A DNA stretch of 64,000 bases from Sphingomonadales bacterium (GTDB taxonomy: Bacteria; Pseudomonadota; Alphaproteobacteria; Sphingomonadales; Sphingomonadaceae), in assembly GCA_043760355.1 (NCBI GenBank), contig JAYUPC010000139.1, positions 26 to 64,025 on the forward strand, in the 5' to 3' direction. Position numbers and translations under genes: made by a program. The notes under the pieces are model-generated. The model was not told the origin of the DNA and made no database searches. It worked only from the letters and a program-made list of their open reading frames with translations. Of the stretch, positions 59,188 to 64,000 are shown piece after piece (positions within the stretch are counted from its first letter, which is position 1; each line of letters begins with the position of its first letter).

Positions 59188-59853
59188 ATGTTGAGCGCGC
59201 TTTCATTATCTTTCCAGAGCCTGTCGGATAAGCGCGTGCTTGGGGTTCTTGCCAAGACGATTATACTGACGCTTCTGGTGTTTGGCCTGATTGGTACCGG
59301 ACTTTATTTCGGCCTCGACACTATGTTTTCTAAGCTTGGTGTGGGCGATGGTTTGGTATCGGTTCTTGCGACCTTTATTGTGTTGGTGCTGGGCGGCGCT
59401 TTGCTGTTCCGGACCATCGCAGTCGCCATATTGTGGGTCTTTTCCGACGAAGTTGTCGATGCGGTCGAGGATAGATATTATCCGCACCACGCCGCACGCA
59501 GCGCACGGCCAAATATCCTGCAGTCGCTGGGTATGGCAGGGCGATCGGTGGCACGGGTGCTGGGATATAACCTGCTCGCGTCGCCCGTTTACATATTATT
59601 GCTGGTCACAGGCGTCGGAACCGCGCTGGCATTTTTGGTTGTAAACGCCGTGATTTTAGGGCGTGATCTTGAAGATATGCTTATTGCGCGGCACGGAAAG
59701 GACCACGGCGAATTAGGGCGGCTGACACGGTTTTCGATCGGGTTGCTTGGAACCGTTTTTATGCTTATTCCCTTTGTAAATTTGATTGTGCCGGTTGTTA
59801 TCACTGCGATGGCGGTGCATATGACGCACGGCAAGACGAGGGGCACTTCATGA
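59188..59853 (+). CDS. EI24/CysZ-like membrane protein
   Basis: Hydrophobic helices, FSDEVVDAVE, IPFVNLIVPV; family assignment from pattern only. Confidence 0.7.
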   Translation: MLSALSLSFQSLSDKRVLGVLAKTIILTLLVFGLIGTGLYFGLDTMFSKLGVGDGLVSVLATFIVLVLGGALLFRTIAVAILWVFSDEVVDAVEDRYYPHHAARSARPNILQSLGMAGRSVARVLGYNLLASPVYILLLVTGVGTALAFLVVNAVILGRDLEDMLIARHGKDHGELGRLTRFSIGLLGTVFMLIPFVNLIVPVVITAMAVHMTHGKTRGTS

Positions 59854-60236
59854 ATAAGTGGATCATTATTTTTGGCATGTTGCTGCTATCGGGCTGTGCA
59901 TCGGGCAGCGTAGCACCTTTGCCGCGCCCTCAAGCTAAGGTTGAAAGGCCTGCCCCTGTCGCACCTGCCCACCCTGTATTCGAAAAACGCGGGTTAGAAG
60001 CGGTGATGGGTAAAGACAGCGCAGCACTCAAACGGTTGTTCGGTGAACCGCGTCTTGATGTGGTCGAGGTATATGGCCGTAAGCTGCAATTTAGCGGCAA
60101 AGCCTGTGTGCTCGACGCTTATCTTTATCCCGAGGGTAGCAACAGGACCGAGATTGTCACCTATGTCGACGCCCGGAGAAGTGACGGCGCAGAGGTCGAC
60201 CGCGCCGCCTGTGTAGACGCGTTGCAGCGGCGTTAG
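59850..60236 (+). CDS. Hypothetical lipoprotein
   Basis: LLLSGC lipobox; ATGA overlap with the upstream gene. Confidence 0.75.
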   Translation: MNKWIIIFGMLLLSGCASGSVAPLPRPQAKVERPAPVAPAHPVFEKRGLEAVMGKDSAALKRLFGEPRLDVVEVYGRKLQFSGKACVLDAYLYPEGSNRTEIVTYVDARRSDGAEVDRAACVDALQRR

Positions 60237-60245
60237 GCGGTTAGT

Positions 60246-61376
60246 TCAGGCCGAAGAAGGAACAAACTCCCACTCATCCCGCACATCGCCGTCCGCCTCA
60301 AAACCCGCACGCGCCGCTTTCTCAGCTTCAAACCGCACCCAATCCATTTGCGCCAGCGCCCAAATCGCGGCACCCCGCACTTCGGGCTTAGGATCATCGA
60401 GATGAACGGTGACAGCCTCAATATGTGCGGTATCCCTGCCATTGCCTGCTGCAATCAGGACATTGCGGATAAACCTGTCGCGCCCGGTGCGCTTGACCGG
60501 CGATCCTGAAAACAGCGTGCGAAACGCAGCATCGTCCAAGCTCAGTAAATCACCAATACGCGGCGCGACCAGCTCGGCGCGGGGCAGGAATGCCTTATTG
60601 GCCGCCGCGCTCTGCGCAAATTTGTTCCACGGACAAACGGCCAGGCAATCATCACAGCCATAGATATGATTGCCAATCCGGCCTCGTAAATCACGCGGGA
60701 TATGACCCTTATGTTCAATGGTAAGATAGGAAATACAGCGCCGCGCATCAAGCTGATAGGGAGCAGGAAACGCGTTTGTCGGACAAATGTCCTGACACAA
60801 GCTGCACGATCCGCAACGGTCGCTGGCGGGGGTATCAGCGGTCAATTCGGCGGTGGTGTAAATCGCACCGAGGAATAACCAGCTGCCATGATCGCGGCTG
60901 ACGATATTGGTATGTTTACCCTGCCATCCAAGCCCCGCGACCTCAGCCAGTGCCCGTTCCATAACCGGCGCGGTATCAACAAAGACCTTCACATCTGCGC
61001 CTGCTTCCTTCGCCAGCCAACCCGCCAGTCGTTTAAGTGCGCCCTTTACAACATCATGATAATCGCGGCCTTGCGCATAAACCGATATCCGCGCTCTATC
61101 GGCTTTATCCGCCAGCGCCATCGGATCATTCTTGGGCGCGTAACTCATCCCGAGCATAATGACCGAGTTCACTTCGCTCCATAATGTTTTGGGCTGGGCG
61201 CGTTCATCGGAACGGTTTTCCATCCACAGCATATCGCCGTGACGCCCGTCGGTAAGCCAAGCCTGCAAGCGCGCACCTGTAATCGGCGCGAGTGTCGCAG
61301 GCGCAACGGCGCACACGGCGAACCCTTCCTTAAGCGCACGCTCTTTTAACCCCGCTGAAATTTTGATGTTAACCAT
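60246..61376 (-). CDS. queG: Epoxyqueuosine reductase
   Basis: YAQGRDYH, VDTAPVMER, CGSCSLCQDICPT, CISYLTIE, YGCDDCLAVCPWN. Confidence 0.95.
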   Translation of the reverse strand: MVNIKISAGLKERALKEGFAVCAVAPATLAPITGARLQAWLTDGRHGDMLWMENRSDERAQPKTLWSEVNSVIMLGMSYAPKNDPMALADKADRARISVYAQGRDYHDVVKGALKRLAGWLAKEAGADVKVFVDTAPVMERALAEVAGLGWQGKHTNIVSRDHGSWLFLGAIYTTAELTADTPASDRCGSCSLCQDICPTNAFPAPYQLDARRCISYLTIEHKGHIPRDLRGRIGNHIYGCDDCLAVCPWNKFAQSAAANKAFLPRAELVAPRIGDLLSLDDAAFRTLFSGSPVKRTGRDRFIRNVLIAAGNGRDTAHIEAVTVHLDDPKPEVRGAAIWALAQMDWVRFEAEKAARAGFEADGDVRDEWEFVPSSA

Positions 61377-61455
61377 ATTTATCTTGTGTCTCTTCACGCC
61401 CTGACTCTAATGCAGTTGCTATGCAGTGCATATATCCATTGGGGCAATTATTATC

Positions 61456-62388
61456 ATGAATGCAATTGAGGCACGCGGACTTGTTAAACAGTTCGACGGG
61501 TTCAGGGCCGTGGACGGCGTGGATTTGAATGTCCCTACAGGCAGTATCTACGGAATATTAGGCCCCAATGGCGCGGGCAAAACCACAATGTTGCGCACGC
61601 TCCTTGGCATTATTGATCCTGATGAAGGTACGCGGACGTTGCTCGGTTCGGATCGTCCGATTTCCCAGTCGCGTTTTGTTGGTTATCTGCCTGAAGAACG
61701 CGGTTTGTATCAATCCATGCGTGCGGTCGACACGATAGCATTTATGGGGGCACTGCGCGGAATGCCGCTCAAAGAAGGTCGCGAAAAAGGGCGCGCATTG
61801 CTCGAAGAAGCAGGGCTTGGTTATGCCGCCGACAGACAAATCCGCCAGCTGTCAAAGGGTATGGCGCAAACGGTGCAACTTATGGGCACGATCGTCCACG
61901 CACCGCGCTTGATCGTTTTGGATGAGCCGTTTTCCGGACTTGATGCCCTTAATCAGGCCAAGCTGGAAAAAATGATCCGAGCACAAGCAGCCGACGGTGT
62001 GACGGTTATATTTTCCACGCATGTTATCGCCCATGCAGAGCGGTTATGTGAACGTATTGCGATTATCGCCAAAGGTAAGATCAGCTTTGACGGTCTCGTC
62101 CAAACCGCCCGCGACCGGCTTCGTCCGCAAGTGCATCTGGAAACAGAAACGATGGAAGGCAGCTGGCGTTCGGCACTGCCTGCTAACTGCAAATCAGAGG
62201 GCAATTGGTGGCATTTCACCTTGCCCGAAACCGGAGTTGAACCACTCTTAAAGGCGTTGGTAGAGGGCAAAGCAGGCGTACGCTCGCTATCGATTGAACG
62301 CCCCGGTTTGCACGATGCGTTTGTGGCGATTGCCGGGGAAAGCGTTGCTGCTGAAATGGATGAACCTATGCCAGGAGAATTAGTATGA
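61456..62388 (+). CDS. ABC-2 transporter ATP-binding protein (NatA-like)
   Basis: GPNGAGKTT, LSKGMAQ, LDEPFSGLD. Confidence 0.92.
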   Translation: MNAIEARGLVKQFDGFRAVDGVDLNVPTGSIYGILGPNGAGKTTMLRTLLGIIDPDEGTRTLLGSDRPISQSRFVGYLPEERGLYQSMRAVDTIAFMGALRGMPLKEGREKGRALLEEAGLGYAADRQIRQLSKGMAQTVQLMGTIVHAPRLIVLDEPFSGLDALNQAKLEKMIRAQAADGVTVIFSTHVIAHAERLCERIAIIAKGKISFDGLVQTARDRLRPQVHLETETMEGSWRSALPANCKSEGNWWHFTLPETGVEPLLKALVEGKAGVRSLSIERPGLHDAFVAIAGESVAAEMDEPMPGELV

Positions 62389-63614
62389 AAGAGATTTTCC
62401 GCGCAGCATTCGTTATCGGTCGCCGCGATTTTACCGCGATCATTTTTTCCAAGGCATTCATCTTTTTCTTGCTTGGGCCTTTGTTCCCGGTTTTGGTGGG
62501 TGTGGCTGCCGGCAGCCTTGGCGGGCAAATTGCCAAAGAGGCGGAAAAACCAGTGATCGGCCTGGTTTTATCGCAAGCCGATTCGGCCCGGTTGCTGCAG
62601 GCGCGTAAAGACCTTTCCAATACAATGGGGGAGAGTTATTTTACCGAAATGAAAGTCGTCGGCACGCTGGTCAAAGGCGAAGGCACTGACCCCAAGAGCT
62701 ATTTGAAAGCCAAGAACGACAATTTAAGCGTCGTTATAACCGGAAATCTTGATGCTTTGGTGGTAACCGGCACCAAGGGTGCTGTCAGTAGCGAAGAAGC
62801 AGATATTGCATTATTGGCCGGTTTTGCAAAAGCACCAGGCGCTGTTGTTTTTCCCAAAATACGCACCGATTTTGTCATCGAAACCGCCAATAATGATAAA
62901 CAGCTTCGCACAATTACTGGCCAGGGCGGACAGGTATTAATCTTCATGCTGACCATGTTGCTTGCCGGTATGGTGCTATCAAATCTGGTCGAAGAAAAAG
63001 CTAATAAGATCATCGAAATACTCGCAGCGTCCATCCCGATGGAGTCGGTTTTCCTTGGTAAGCTGTTCGCTATGCTGGCGATGGCGTTTTTAGGTATCAT
63101 CGTTTGGGGCGGTATCGGATACGGCTTGTTGAGCTTTGCCGGACAGGGATTGCCCAATTTTCCAACCCCTGCTGTTGGCTGGCCAATATTTTTGGGGCTT
63201 GGCGTGATTTATTTTGCACTGGCGTACTTAATGCTCGGCGCATTGTTCCTCGGGATCGGGGCGATGGCAGCGACGGTGCGTGAAGTACAAACGCTGTCGA
63301 TGCCCGTTACCATGTTACAACTGATAAACTTCTTTTTCGCGTCCTATACCGTCACCAAAATGGGCGAACCAATCGAGCAGATTGCCTGCATCTTTCCGTT
63401 CAGCTCGCCGTTTGCGATGATCGCGCGGGCGGCGCAGGAACCGACCTTGTGGCATCACGGCGTCGCGTTTATTGGCCAGATTGCCTTTGCCACCCTGTTG
63501 TTGCGCGTGGGAGTTTTCCTGTTCAAACGCAATGTTATGAAATCAGGCAGCGGCGGCAAGATCAAGGGCGATGGCAAGCGCAAGTTGTTTGGCTTGATCC
63601 CGATGAAGGGATAA
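62385..63614 (+). CDS. ABC-2 transporter permease (NatB-like)
   Basis: VEEKANKIIEIL, GKL, FPFSSPFAMIAR. Confidence 0.88.
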   Translation: MKEIFRAAFVIGRRDFTAIIFSKAFIFFLLGPLFPVLVGVAAGSLGGQIAKEAEKPVIGLVLSQADSARLLQARKDLSNTMGESYFTEMKVVGTLVKGEGTDPKSYLKAKNDNLSVVITGNLDALVVTGTKGAVSSEEADIALLAGFAKAPGAVVFPKIRTDFVIETANNDKQLRTITGQGGQVLIFMLTMLLAGMVLSNLVEEKANKIIEILAASIPMESVFLGKLFAMLAMAFLGIIVWGGIGYGLLSFAGQGLPNFPTPAVGWPIFLGLGVIYFALAYLMLGALFLGIGAMAATVREVQTLSMPVTMLQLINFFFASYTVTKMGEPIEQIACIFPFSSPFAMIARAAQEPTLWHHGVAFIGQIAFATLLLRVGVFLFKRNVMKSGSGGKIKGDGKRKLFGLIPMKG

Positions 63615-63775
63615 GCCCAGCACCAACGTCTTTGTTTGTCCAGAAACCTATAATAGATCCGTCAATACCCACCATTGGTAGGCTTCATGAGCAGATACAA
63701 ACCATCCGAATCGGCCAGTTTATACTCTTTTGCACGGCCTTTTGCCGCTTTGATCGTACTTGTTGTCAGTCCCAT
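63608..63775 (-). pseudogene. Remnant of a P4-type tyrosine integrase (arm-binding N-terminus only)
   Basis: MGLTTSTIKAAKGRAKEYKLADSDGLYLLMKPTNGGY*RIYYRFLDKQ, then frameshifted TLVLG..YP; stop replaces the conserved Trp. Confidence 0.85.
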
Positions 63776-63803
63776 GATGACATCGCTTTCTCGACCGTGG
63801 CGA

Positions 63804-63826
63804 GATACCATCAACGATACCCCCAA
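63804..63826 (-). promoter_or_regulatory. Candidate integrase arm-type direct repeats
   Basis: Minus strand TTGGGGGTATC-G-TTGATGGTATC, 12-bp period, between tRNA-Glu and the integrase start. Confidence 0.55.
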
Positions 63827-63937
63827 ATTGATTGGCAGTACCCGCATCCACCAAATTCCGGCGGACACTATAACATCAAAAAAAGACCGGAAAACAGCCA
63901 CTTTCCGAACGTTTCTGGACGTCGCTGGAAGGTGTTT

Positions 63938-64000
63938 TGGTGACCCCTACGGGAATCGAACCCGTGTTTCAGCCGTGAAAGGGCCGCGTCCTAACCGCTA
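63938..64000 (-). tRNA. tRNA-Glu(TTC), 5' end beyond the window
   Basis: Reverse complement ...GGTTAGGACG CGGCC-CTTTCAC-GGCTG AAAC ACGGG-TTCGATT-CCCGT AGGGGTCACCA. Confidence 0.92.

Noticed and set aside
1-64000. CRISPR array, rRNA, intact transposase or prophage genes
   Set aside because: No regularly spaced repeat-spacer pattern or such coding signatures found on reading.

Overview
Core chromosomal region of an alphaproteobacterium. Gene content and order point to Sphingomonadaceae, probably Sphingorhabdus-like (inference). Housekeeping blocks: ubiE-ubiB-coaBC-dut-moeB, mutM-rpsT-dnaA, hisC-tyrA, metX-metW, hemC-hemD, tsaD-gpsA, dapB, queG, nth, part of a valine catabolism operon, tRNA-Arg(CCG) and tRNA-Glu(TTC, cut by the window end). 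The less ordinary parts are: (1) a catabolic unit with TonB-dependent receptor, GntR, HMG-CoA-lyase-like enzyme, two-subunit ATP-dependent hydantoinase/lactamase, class III CoA transferase and isochorismatase-type amidase, with two copies of a TTGTATACAA operator, followed by two tandem CYP153-like P450s; (2) an OmpA / 30-aa membrane peptide / Lys-Ala-Pro-rich anchored protein operon resembling mycobacterial arfABC; (3) a ccdAB module between ubiB and coaBC bounded by a 7-bp direct repeat; (4) a decayed P4-type integrase at tRNA-Glu; (5) an internally deleted deacetylase paralog; (6) a ~140-bp palindromic MITE/RPE-like element; (7) a tRNA-Arg with A53:U61 in place of G53:C61; (8) a probable Mic60/mitofilin homolog after hemD. 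All product calls come from recognised motifs and synteny; no database searches were run.
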